Below are positions 9,657-18,571 of a stretch of DNA of 64,000 nt, piece after piece (positions within the stretch are counted from its first letter, which is position 1; each line of letters opens with the position of its first letter). The position numbers and the translations under genes were made by a program. This DNA is from Polyangiaceae bacterium (GTDB taxonomy: Bacteria > Myxococcota_A > Polyangia > Polyangiales > Polyangiaceae), in assembly GCA_033763455.1 (NCBI GenBank), contig JANRKO010000006.1:64001-128000 (forward strand), written 5' to 3'. The notes beneath the pieces were generated by a model, which was given only the letters and a program-made list of their open reading frames with translations, had not been told where the DNA came from and ran no database searches.

Positions 9657-10463
9657 TCAACCCTCTCGTGCGCGCTTCCTTAGCGTATTCGGGCTCACCC
9701 CCACATGCTTCTTGAATTGCTTGGAAAACTGAAAAATGTCTTCGTAGCCCACGCGCCGCCCCACTTCACTGATGCTCAGGTTCTGATCTTGGAGGAGATA
9801 TTCGGCTCGCTGCATGCGTTGCCGAATTACAAGCTCGATGGGGCTTACCCCAAAGTATCGACGAAAGGCGCTGCACAAATATTGAGGTGTGAGGGCCGCG
9901 CGCTCCGCCAAGTCTGCCAAGCGGATGGTTTCTTCGCTGTGGGTTTCGATGTAATTCTTGATCTTGAGCAAGCGTTCGGGTGGCTGCCAAGCGGTTGAAG
10001 TGGCCTCGCGGCGACGGCGTACTTCGCACAAGTAGCTCTCTAGACAGTTGAGGGCGATGACCGGATCTGGTGCGAAGGGCCCGGTTAGCTCTCGATAAAG
10101 TGCGAGAAAATAGTGCTCCGCGACTGCGGGATCCGCATCCGCAATAGGCTCCCCAAGCGGCAAGCGCTGGGCTCGCAAGATGGGAGCGATGGCTGTGCCG
10201 TTGCAGTGAATCCACGTGTGGCGCCAGCGCCGCTCTCGGTTTCCGTAGAAGTGTGCGTGCTCAGGCCCCCATAGGATGAGCGTACGCGGGGGGTGGATGT
10301 TACCGGGCCTATCGAGCTCCACGCGCTCGTAGAACAACATGAAAAGGTAGTCATTGGTGCCGTTGGGACGGTGCACAATCTCCGCACGTAGTGCTTCCTG
10401 AACGCCCATGGCTCCGATCGAAATCTCCGGTGTGTTCAGGGGTTTAGAGAAGATGGTTTTCAT
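9657..10463 (-). CDS. AraC-family transcriptional regulator (#1)
   Basis: Cupin-type N-terminus (WRHTWIHC) and C-terminal double HTH (LADLAERAALTPQYL...LSISEVGRRVGYEDIFQFSKQFKKHVGVSP). Confidence 0.95.
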   Translation of the reverse strand: MKTIFSKPLNTPEISIGAMGVQEALRAEIVHRPNGTNDYLFMLFYERVELDRPGNIHPPRTLILWGPEHAHFYGNRERRWRHTWIHCNGTAIAPILRAQRLPLGEPIADADPAVAEHYFLALYRELTGPFAPDPVIALNCLESYLCEVRRRREATSTAWQPPERLLKIKNYIETHSEETIRLADLAERAALTPQYLCSAFRRYFGVSPIELVIRQRMQRAEYLLQDQNLSISEVGRRVGYEDIFQFSKQFKKHVGVSPNTLRKRAREG

Positions 10464-10533
10464 GGCCTACGGGAATCGTAGCGTGTGCTTCGCCCTCGCG
10501 GTTGAAGAAAGGGATAGGGGCGGCCGCCCTGCT

Positions 10534-10570
10534 TCTTAATATAAGACAAATTTCCCAAAAGCCACGACAT
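10534..10570 (+). promoter_or_regulatory. Putative AraC operator upstream of the DUF1080-DUF1592-DUF1552 operon
   Basis: TCTTAAtataagACAAAtttcccaaAAGccacgaCAT matches the motif at 9255-9291 (-). Confidence 0.6.
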
Positions 10571-10637
10571 ACCCTCACCACGCTTGGTGTGCGACCTTTA
10601 GAGGACTTCAGAATTGCTGAAGTTAAGGAGTCGCCGT

Positions 10638-11627
10638 ATGACGCGAGTGCTCGGTCGTGGTCTGTTTGTGGTTGTTTGTCCTTTAATTCTAGGCCATTGC
10701 GTATCCGAGGCAGCTGCGCCACGCGAGGTAAGCCAGGCCGGAGGTGCACCGAGCAGCGGCGGAGCTTCGGCAGGTGGGAGTCCCCCAAGGGTGAATGGTG
10801 TTGTTGGGGCCACTGGCGGCTCGCAACTCAGCAATTCTGGCGGCGGAGGCCCGCTTGCCTCCATGGGTGGTAGGCCCACTGTTCCAAGCGGCGGCACCAC
10901 ATCCGCTACAACCGGCGGGTCTTCCCCGAGTTTGCAGGGGGGAAGCGCGGGGGCCACCGGGACTCAGATGAACCCTGATGGAAGCCTCACGCCCAAGTCC
11001 AAGTTCTCCCTATTCAACGGTGTAGCTCTTACGGGTTGGTCCGCTGACGTACCAGATAAGGAAACAGATCCAACGCTCCCAGACAGTTTCATCGTAAAAA
11101 ATGGCCTCCTTGTGAGCCAAGGTACCGCGATCGGCCACCTGCTCACGGACGCTACCTACAGGGACTATCGCTTGGAGGTGGAGTACAGATTCTCTGCGGG
11201 TGAGGGGAATTGCGGGGTTCTGATCCACGCCTCCGAGTTGCGGGCTCTTTACGGGGCCTTTCCGAAGTCGATTGAGGTTCAACTATTCAGCGGGGATGCG
11301 GGAGATTTTTGGTGCATTCAGGAAAACATCGAGGTGCCCAATATGGATGCGCGTAGGCCCCACGATCCTGGGCAAGCTTACGGTGGGGGCGAGGCGGACG
11401 CGCGACGCATTCTCAATCTAACGGACGACTCGGAGAAGCCAGTGGGTGAATGGAACACAATCGTGATCGAAGCCAGGGCTCGCGGCATCACGGTTTGGAT
11501 GAATGGAGAACTAGTGAACGATGGCTTTAACTGCACCGCCGATCACGGCAAGATCGCGCTTCAAGCGGAAGGGGCGGAGGTTGAATTCAGGCGAGTGGAG
11601 ATTGGCCCACTTTCCGCGACACCCTGA
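10638..11627 (+). CDS. DUF1080 (3-keto-glycoside lyase/hydratase-like) lipoprotein
   Basis: AAGGAG RBS before ATG 10638; lipobox ILGHC; Gly-rich linker. DUF1080 motifs SLFNG..LTGW, YRDYRLEVEYRF, GNCGV, SIEVQL, EKPVGEWN, GKIALQAEG..VEFR. Confidence 0.88.
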   Translation: MTRVLGRGLFVVVCPLILGHCVSEAAAPREVSQAGGAPSSGGASAGGSPPRVNGVVGATGGSQLSNSGGGGPLASMGGRPTVPSGGTTSATTGGSSPSLQGGSAGATGTQMNPDGSLTPKSKFSLFNGVALTGWSADVPDKETDPTLPDSFIVKNGLLVSQGTAIGHLLTDATYRDYRLEVEYRFSAGEGNCGVLIHASELRALYGAFPKSIEVQLFSGDAGDFWCIQENIEVPNMDARRPHDPGQAYGGGEADARRILNLTDDSEKPVGEWNTIVIEARARGITVWMNGELVNDGFNCTADHGKIALQAEGAEVEFRRVEIGPLSATP

Positions 11628-11638
11628 AAGGAACACCG

Positions 11639-13398
11639 ATGAATAGCCGTGCTTATCATTCCCTAGCTAAGCTAAGCGTTACATTCGGGTTATTAGCCGC
11701 CTCTGGCTGCCAGCCAAGCGTTTCTCGCGAAACCCACAGTGGCGCGTCAATGACCACCACTGGCGCCACGCCCGGCAGCAACGCCTCGGGGGGACTCCGA
11801 GCACACCAGATCCCGTTTCGGCAACGGGTGGAGGCGTTTCCCCGAGTGCCACCGCCACAGTTGATGCGCTCACTCCAGCGAACCTCTCGTGTCCCGCGGG
11901 GGCCCCGATAGCGCCTGCCCCGCGGCGAATCTTGCGTCTAGCGTCGTCTGAGTGGCTTGCCTCGATCAAAGCTGTGGCTCCTTTTGAGCCAACGAGTGTC
12001 CCTCCGGGTTTTGATAGCTCTGTGTTGGGCGAGGCGCCCCAAGCCTCGGATGCGGTGTCCAAAGATTGGCACCAAACGGTGGATCAGATTGCTCAGGCGA
12101 GCGCCAAGCTACTTGCCGAGGCACCTTTGGGGCTCGCGTGTCCGATCACTGAATTCGGTAGAGATGTTGCCTGCACTCAAAGCTACCTCACAGAGCAAGC
12201 TCTACGGTACCTGCGAGGGCGCGCGAACCCGAATGATGTGGATAGGCTCCTGCAATTGGCAACGGCAGTTCAAGGACGATCAGGGGGAGCCGCGGCACTC
12301 AAGGTTGCGGTCAGAGCGATGGCCCTATCTCCGAAGTTCATTTACCTCACCGAGGGGCTCGACCGCTCTCTGCCAGCCACAACTCCCGCCCGTATGAGCG
12401 TTGAAGAACTGGCTTCGTTTCTTGCCTTCCGAATTGGCAGGCGTCCGCCGTCCACACTGCTGTTGCAGGTGCTGGCTCAGGCGCCGGCTCTTGATAATGC
12501 GCAGTTGAGTGCCATTATCGAGCAAGAATTCACGCCTGCCGAGCGAGCACAGAGCACCACTGATTTTCTCGCAGCTTGGCTCAACGTTGCGGCGCTCTCT
12601 GGGAGCGTCTCAAAAGATCTCTCAATCCACCCCCAATTCACCTCAGAATTCCTACTTCAACTTCAGCGGGAAACCTACGACACGCTTCATGCGCAGTTCG
12701 TCGCGCCTGGCAACGGTGATCTGAAGCAGTTGCTCACTGAAAATGTTGAATCAACGTTGCTCGATGATAAACGCAATCCCTTGGTGCAAACCTACAAGCG
12801 CCCTGGCGTTCTTGCGTTACCGGGATTCATCGCGTCCATTTCTTCCCCGCAACACACCGGCTTGCCAAAGCGCGGGAAGTTCCTGGTAAACGCCTTTTTC
12901 TGCGACGGGGCTCAACCACCACCTGCAGGCATCAAAAAGCCTGACTTTCCACCGGGCCTATCCGAACGGCAGCAGTTTGAAATGATCGAACAGCTGCCTG
13001 GCTGTGGCCCATGCCACACACGGATCAATCCTCTGGCCTACCCATTCGAACGCTACGACGAAGTGGGTAATCCCCGTGCCGCTGATGCGGCCATGAATGT
13101 GATTGATACGAGCGGTGCTCATGCGCTAACGAGCGGGGGCCCCCGTGACTTCGTTTACTCTGATCTTCAGGATCTAGGGGTTCAGATGTCTGGCAATAGC
13201 GTGGTGCAGACGTGCCTCAGCATTCAAGCGTTCGAATACACTGCGCGCCGAACGGCAGCTTCCCCATACACGGTGGGGCGCAACGATAGCTGTGCGGTGT
13301 CGTCGATAAAGGAGGCGGGAGCCTTGAGTGGTTTTCAACTCACGGGCCTTCTGCGTGATGCTCTCATCGCAAACGCGCTCGCGCCAAGAGCGGATTGA
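11639..13398 (+). pseudogene. DUF1592-family heme-c lipoprotein (#1), split by a -1 frameshift in a G6 run
   Basis: ORF 11639 supplies the lipobox (LAASGC). Adding one G to GGGGGG at 11788-11793 joins it in frame (SGGTPSTPDP...PRRILRLASSEW) to ORF 11932-13398, which has SPKFIY, KRGKF...C, CGPCH, INPLAYPFERYD. Confidence 0.8.
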
Positions 13399-13412
13399 TA
13401 GGGAGAAACAGT

Positions 13413-14759
13413 ATGTTGATTAAGACAACGCGTAGGAGATTCCTTGGTGCCCTGGGCACGGCGACGTTTGCGGCCTCGACTCTTCGCTTTTTCCTCAAAA
13501 CCGCCGAGGCTCAGACCTACCCAAAACGCTTCGTGTTCGTCTTTACGCCGAACGGCGCCGACGGCATGGCAGCGAGCTCTGGCCTTGGGAAGGATTACGT
13601 GCTGGGTCCAGACATGAGCATCTTCAACGAGCTTAAGCACAAGTTCACCGTGCTGGATGGTCTGCAGATCCCCGATCACGGCGGAGAAGAACATCCTGCG
13701 GGTCGCTGCTCAATGCTGAGCTCTTGGCGCTCATCCGGCACTCAGTCAACAGCGGGGAACCGGGGGCAGTCTTTCGATATCTTTCTCAGGGCTAAGCTCC
13801 CTGGAGTTAATGGAAATTCGATCTACACAGGTACCGAAGGGTTAGACGATACCCTGGAGCTTCCGATCAGTTGGCTCAGCGCAGGGGTGCGCAATGACAG
13901 TTATCTGCAGGGCCTCGGACCGCTCATTGGTCGAGTTTTTCAAAATGCGCCCGTGGTGCCTTCACCTATGGCGACAAACTCGGCGATGAGTGCAGCCACG
14001 GCAGATGAGCTTGCGCTCAATGATTACTTGAGGGGAGAGGTGGAACGGCTACGCGCGGAGGCTCCCTTGGCCGAATTCGCAAAGCTGGACCTCCATTTGC
14101 AGGCGCTCAGTCAGCTACGGGCGGGGCTCGTGCCCGCCTCTGGCGATCCGGGAACTGCCCTTCGCATGTGCGATTCGAACCCAACCTTCACGGGGGACGT
14201 CGCGGATCAAATGGGGCTCGCTTTGGCACATGGGCTTGCGTGTGGGCAAACGCGGGTGGCCGTTTTCCGCATCGGCTCTTACGAGCCGAACCACGTGCAC
14301 AGCCATTGGGAGGAGGGCGGTATGGACGGCGTGAACGGGTTCCGCGATGAATTTAGGCGGATCAACCGCGGGTGGGCGCAAAACATCCTCAACTTCTTAA
14401 AAGCACTCGATTCGTTCCCTGAAGGCAACGGCACATTGCTCGACAACACCGCCGTGGTGTGGAGCAGCGAGCTTTCGAACCATTACCGCTCCGAATCTTA
14501 CCTGCGGAATTATCCCAACTGGGCCTACCCAGCAAAAGCTGGTGACGTAAACACTCATGGCACGGTGGATATGCCATTTTGGCTTGCTGGAAGCTTAGGC
14601 GGCACGCTCAAACAAGGCGAACGCATCGTGGCACAAGATAGGTACGCCGGCGAGCTCTACAAAGCCATCGCTACGGCCATGGGCGTAAGCAGCACGGATC
14701 TTTCGAGCTACGGAGAGCCTGCGTTTGCTCCTGGGATTTTGCAGGAGATATTGGCTTAG
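13413..14759 (+). CDS. DUF1552-family Tat-exported protein (#1)
   Basis: TRRRFL Tat motif, KRFVFVFTPNG, KLDLHLQALSQL, LACGQTRVA, HVHSH, GTLLDNT..VWSSE. Confidence 0.88.
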   Translation: MLIKTTRRRFLGALGTATFAASTLRFFLKTAEAQTYPKRFVFVFTPNGADGMAASSGLGKDYVLGPDMSIFNELKHKFTVLDGLQIPDHGGEEHPAGRCSMLSSWRSSGTQSTAGNRGQSFDIFLRAKLPGVNGNSIYTGTEGLDDTLELPISWLSAGVRNDSYLQGLGPLIGRVFQNAPVVPSPMATNSAMSAATADELALNDYLRGEVERLRAEAPLAEFAKLDLHLQALSQLRAGLVPASGDPGTALRMCDSNPTFTGDVADQMGLALAHGLACGQTRVAVFRIGSYEPNHVHSHWEEGGMDGVNGFRDEFRRINRGWAQNILNFLKALDSFPEGNGTLLDNTAVVWSSELSNHYRSESYLRNYPNWAYPAKAGDVNTHGTVDMPFWLAGSLGGTLKQGERIVAQDRYAGELYKAIATAMGVSSTDLSSYGEPAFAPGILQEILA

Positions 14760-14927
14760 TGGCTTCGCCTTATGGCTGAGCATGGCCTTGTGCCACGGCC
14801 TCGTGGAATTGAGCCCGTTCCGCCGCCAAGCCACGCCGACGCGTACGTCTGGGACGTAAAGGAACTCCGAAGCCCTTCGTAGGGAGCGAAAAATGCGGCG
14901 CGTGCGTTGCTAGCGACACAAAATGTG

Positions 14928-15953
14928 TCAAAGGGAGGGCGCGGCGCAGACGCCAAACCCCACGATATCCGTCCCGGCCGCATTAGCCGCGCATACACTG
15001 AAGTAGTTCATCCCGTCGCACCCACACACGCTGGCGGCGATAGGAGCTCTAATGGCCGGACCCTGCACGCCCGAGCCGCTCACCGGGCACACCTGCGGCC
15101 GTTTCTTGCAAACGCCTGCCGGGGAAGGGGAAAGGCACGACGCATTGTCGTCGAAATCACAGAACTCATCGTCGAGGCACCCAGCGCCCTGTACGCCGCC
15201 GCAAGGCTTGGCTGGACATGCTATTTCGGTGCACGCCACCGCGCCACCAGCACACGAGCAGGTGTTACAGCCATCAGGCGCAGGAATGTTGGTAGTGCCG
15301 TCGGCATAGACTTGACCCCCAATGGTGCACGTGCCAGCCGCCTGACACTCACCCTTAGTGCTGAAGCCCGTACCTGCAGCCGCAGCAACGCAGTCGTTGG
15401 AATAGGTCTTCCCATCGCACCCGCACACTGGATCAAAGATGTCAGCGCATACCTGCGGACGCTTAGCGCACACCGCCGAGGCGTCGGCTGCCCCGCACAG
15501 GCCCGTGCCCGCGTAGGCACAATACTCGTCCGTTGCACAGGTTGCTCCGGCGAACCCGCCGCACACGACTGCCACGCACGCTTTCAAGGTGCATGCGACC
15601 GCACCATCGTGACAACTACAGGTATTGCAGCCATCCTCTGAGGGGAAGCTGCTGCCATGTGGGTATTCCCGGTTGCCCACCGTGCAGTTCTTTGCAGAGC
15701 CCGAACCTCCAGAGGCAAAGCCTCCCCCGGTCGCCTGAGCGCCGCCCGTACTGCTCATTCCTCCGCTGCTGGTTCCTCCACCGGTCTTTGCCCCACCCAA
15801 AGGCCCCGCGCCCCCTGTAACGGCGACCGAGCCTCCGGAACCCCCCGCCCCCTCGGGCGTTACCGCTTCGAACGAGCCGCCACAGGCCACGAGCCCGCCA
15901 CAGGCAATCAGAAACAGAAAGACACGACCTGGCAAACGCGAAGGGGTAAACAT
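14928..15953 (-). CDS. Lipoprotein with two pacifastin-like and two Kazal-type protease-inhibitor domains
   Basis: Lipobox LVAC. Pacifastin patterns DGCNTCSCHDGAVACTLKAC and DGCNTCSCAGGAVACTEIAC. Kazal patterns CADIFDPVCGCDGKTYSNDC and VCGCDGMNYFSVC. Confidence 0.85.
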   Translation of the reverse strand: MFTPSRLPGRVFLFLIACGGLVACGGSFEAVTPEGAGGSGGSVAVTGGAGPLGGAKTGGGTSSGGMSSTGGAQATGGGFASGGSGSAKNCTVGNREYPHGSSFPSEDGCNTCSCHDGAVACTLKACVAVVCGGFAGATCATDEYCAYAGTGLCGAADASAVCAKRPQVCADIFDPVCGCDGKTYSNDCVAAAAGTGFSTKGECQAAGTCTIGGQVYADGTTNIPAPDGCNTCSCAGGAVACTEIACPAKPCGGVQGAGCLDDEFCDFDDNASCLSPSPAGVCKKRPQVCPVSGSGVQGPAIRAPIAASVCGCDGMNYFSVCAANAAGTDIVGFGVCAAPSL

Positions 15954-15964
15954 GACGCAGCTAT

Positions 15965-15980
15965 AGCAAGCTTGGTGCCG
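15965..15980 (-). promoter_or_regulatory. Putative sigma-54 promoter for the inhibitor lipoprotein gene
   Basis: Minus strand CGGCACCAAGCTTGCT has GG-N10-GC spacing and is close to TGGCACG-N4-TTGCW. Confidence 0.55.
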
Positions 15981-16210
15981 AGGCGCTGCGCTCTTCTTTC
16001 CTCAAAGCATCGGCCAGGCCCAGTGAGTGTTTACGCAAAGGTTCCCCTTGGCTGGGTCCTTCCCGCCGGATCGAGCCGACTCGCGCCCACCTGAGGCCAT
16101 GCCAGAACGAAGTTGGCACAGCTACGGGCACGTCGATCAGGGTGGTACGAGGTCGAGCCAGTTGTTGTACGGCACTTGTCAATGCCTTGGTTGCGACGCT
16201 GTTCGGAAGG

Positions 16211-17101
16211 CTACTGTGCGGGGCTCACTTCAAGCACATCTAGTTGGACGAATTGCCCATCGAATACCTGAGGTGCTGGCGGGATGCCTGGCACCACTAG
16301 GCTCACGTTCGCGGATTGCTCCGTGTTATCGTCCTTGAAATTGAACGTGACGACAGAGCCCCCTTTGACCAGGATGGTTGCTTCGTAATCAAGCACAAAT
16401 AGCTGATGATCCACGGAGCCGCTCACCGTGTAGTAAGCGTTCAAGTAGTACTTCTCTGCAGGGGTCGGCACGTCGATCCAGAACAGCGCATGAGCGTCCT
16501 CGTTAGGTGTGCCTCCGCTGCTATCCAAGAAGTATGGCGCCGCAGTTTCCGTTGCTATCGTCTCGCCGTTGGCATCATTGAAGGTGTGAGCCTCGGTGAC
16601 ACCACGGACCCTTAGCTTCACCTGATACGTGAGCTCCGGGTTACCACCTACCGACAGCATCTGTGGCGGAAGGCTCTGCGCGGAGCTGCAAAGGTCGCCC
16701 TCGTGCGCACCTTGGCACGGTACCTCTATGCGCGTATTCAACGCTTGAGCGATGGATGCCCCGGCAACCCCGCTGGCGCCGCCCAATGATGCCGCTCCCC
16801 CCGAACCTGACGTGCCTCCGCTCGCGGGCAGGCCGCCTCCGGTTCCTGCTCCACCCAAGCCGACGTTACCCCCAGTTCCCCCAGTTCCCCCAGCTCCCCC
16901 GGAACGATCTGCTGACTGGCCACCCGAAGCCGGAACCATCGCGCCTTTGCCCCCCGCAGCGGTGGGGCCTCCAGGCTGTGCTGAAGGTACCATTCCCCCA
17001 CTACCCCCCGACAATGCCGAAGAAGACCGTACTTCGCCGTCGGAGCTGCAGCCTACAACGGCACCAAGAAGAAAGCAGAGCGCGGCCCATTTGTTTAACA
17101 T
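16211..17101 (-). CDS. Lipoprotein of unknown function, third gene of DUF1592-DUF1552 operon #2
   Basis: Likely start MLNKWAALCFLLGAVVGC (lipobox) at 17101, 32 bp after the DUF1552 stop. Gly-rich linker then a beta-rich domain (YQVKLRVRGVTE...FDGQFVQLDV). Confidence 0.8.
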   Translation of the reverse strand: MLNKWAALCFLLGAVVGCSSDGEVRSSSALSGGSGGMVPSAQPGGPTAAGGKGAMVPASGGQSADRSGGAGGTGGTGGNVGLGGAGTGGGLPASGGTSGSGGAASLGGASGVAGASIAQALNTRIEVPCQGAHEGDLCSSAQSLPPQMLSVGGNPELTYQVKLRVRGVTEAHTFNDANGETIATETAAPYFLDSSGGTPNEDAHALFWIDVPTPAEKYYLNAYYTVSGSVDHQLFVLDYEATILVKGGSVVTFNFKDDNTEQSANVSLVVPGIPPAPQVFDGQFVQLDVLEVSPAQ

Positions 17102-17133
17102 AGATTTGCCTAACCGAGCGTGAAGGCACCCGC

Positions 17134-18558
17134 TCAAACGAGGATACCTGGAAGTGGGCCTGTGCCGAATTCGGAGCTGCCGAAGCTGGTTGCGGGGACG
17201 CCGAATGCGTTCAACAAGGTAACGTGGAGCTTGTTGTGCGGCTGGCTGCCAAACGCCAAGTGTTGCCCGGTTTTGATTTTTCCTCCTGCGGTACCGAATA
17301 GGAAAGCTCGAATGTCGGTATAGGTGTGGCTTGAGGCGTAGGAGACTTCGGAACACCAGAGGGCCAAAGAATTGTCGAGGAGTGTAGCCCCGCCCTCATT
17401 GACCGAATCCATCTTTCCCAAAAGGTACGCCACTTCCCCGGCATACCAGCGATTGATCCACGCCATTTGTGCGTCGGACTGAGCATCACCGCCGCGATGT
17501 GAAATCGAGTGGTGATCTTGCGTGATCGTCCCGCAGCCGGAGCACCCCGTAGGATCGATCCACTCCAGGCGTTCAACCGAGCGGGCGTAGGAGTATTGGA
17601 GCGACGCCACTCGGGTGAGATTGCACGAAAGGGCGAGCACCATGAGGTCCGCCTGCTGGCGACCCACGACGGGGAAATTAGAGTGCAGATTGTGATCAGC
17701 AATCGGAGTAAAGCTGGTTGCTTGGTCACAAGAAACAGGCAGACCGTTCGCCTCGGCCGCCAGGCGCCGCTCTACCTCACGGATCATCGTTAGATGTTGA
17801 TCGAGCCTCGCCTTGTCGCTGGCCGGGACCGTGGCGTTCACGGTCTCGAACTCCTTGATCACAAAGTCGATGACGCTCTTGCGGCGAGCCAGGTTGGTGT
17901 TCAGCATCCCCGGAGGGGTTGTGGGTCCGCTCAAGTTGCTGAAGAGGCGGTTGTAAGCCGCGAGTGGGCTATCTTCTGGAGGGACTGGCGCGAGTGGGCC
18001 CGCGTAGCTCATTCGGCTAAAGGGGTGGTTGCCAAATCGCACTGAGGTTTGCACGCCAAAACCCAGCGATTTGTAAGGGCTAGCGCCGCCGATCTGGTTA
18101 GCCAACTCCTGATCCACGGATATCCCGTTGGCAAACCCCACGGGGTAATCCGGCGCTACCCCGGGCTCAGGATCGGCAACGGGCAAGGTCGGATCCACAG
18201 AAAAGACCTGACCGGTTAACATGTGACCCATACCAACAGAATGCTGATCCCCAACATCGCCCTCCGCTGCGCTAACCATGTCCACCCCACTCAAAGCCAA
18301 TAGCTTGTTTTTGAAGGGCAAGACTGGCGCCGATTCAATGCCCAAGGTGAAATTCGCGCCGTCCCCCTGGGGCATGAATTGACTCAGGTTGTTGGAGCCG
18401 TTGGGTGTGAATAGAACCAAGAACCGCGACTCGGGATTGGCGGCCCTTGCGGCACGTGGCGCAAAGGCCTCCAGGAAGGGCAACCCCACCGCGATGCCGC
18501 CGGCAGCAGCGAGAAATCGACGGCGCGCTAATGAGCTGGTTTTTGTGTTCGTTGGCAT
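17134..18558 (-). CDS. DUF1552-family Tat-exported protein (#2)
   Basis: ARRRFL Tat motif, LPFLEA, RFLVLFTPNG, ISVDQ, RRKSVID, RLDQHLTMIREVERRL, LSCNLTRVASL, HHSISH, TLLDNS. Confidence 0.92.
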   Translation of the reverse strand: MPTNTKTSSLARRRFLAAAGGIAVGLPFLEAFAPRAARAANPESRFLVLFTPNGSNNLSQFMPQGDGANFTLGIESAPVLPFKNKLLALSGVDMVSAAEGDVGDQHSVGMGHMLTGQVFSVDPTLPVADPEPGVAPDYPVGFANGISVDQELANQIGGASPYKSLGFGVQTSVRFGNHPFSRMSYAGPLAPVPPEDSPLAAYNRLFSNLSGPTTPPGMLNTNLARRKSVIDFVIKEFETVNATVPASDKARLDQHLTMIREVERRLAAEANGLPVSCDQATSFTPIADHNLHSNFPVVGRQQADLMVLALSCNLTRVASLQYSYARSVERLEWIDPTGCSGCGTITQDHHSISHRGGDAQSDAQMAWINRWYAGEVAYLLGKMDSVNEGGATLLDNSLALWCSEVSYASSHTYTDIRAFLFGTAGGKIKTGQHLAFGSQPHNKLHVTLLNAFGVPATSFGSSEFGTGPLPGILV

Positions 18559-18571
18559 GTGGCGGCTCCTG

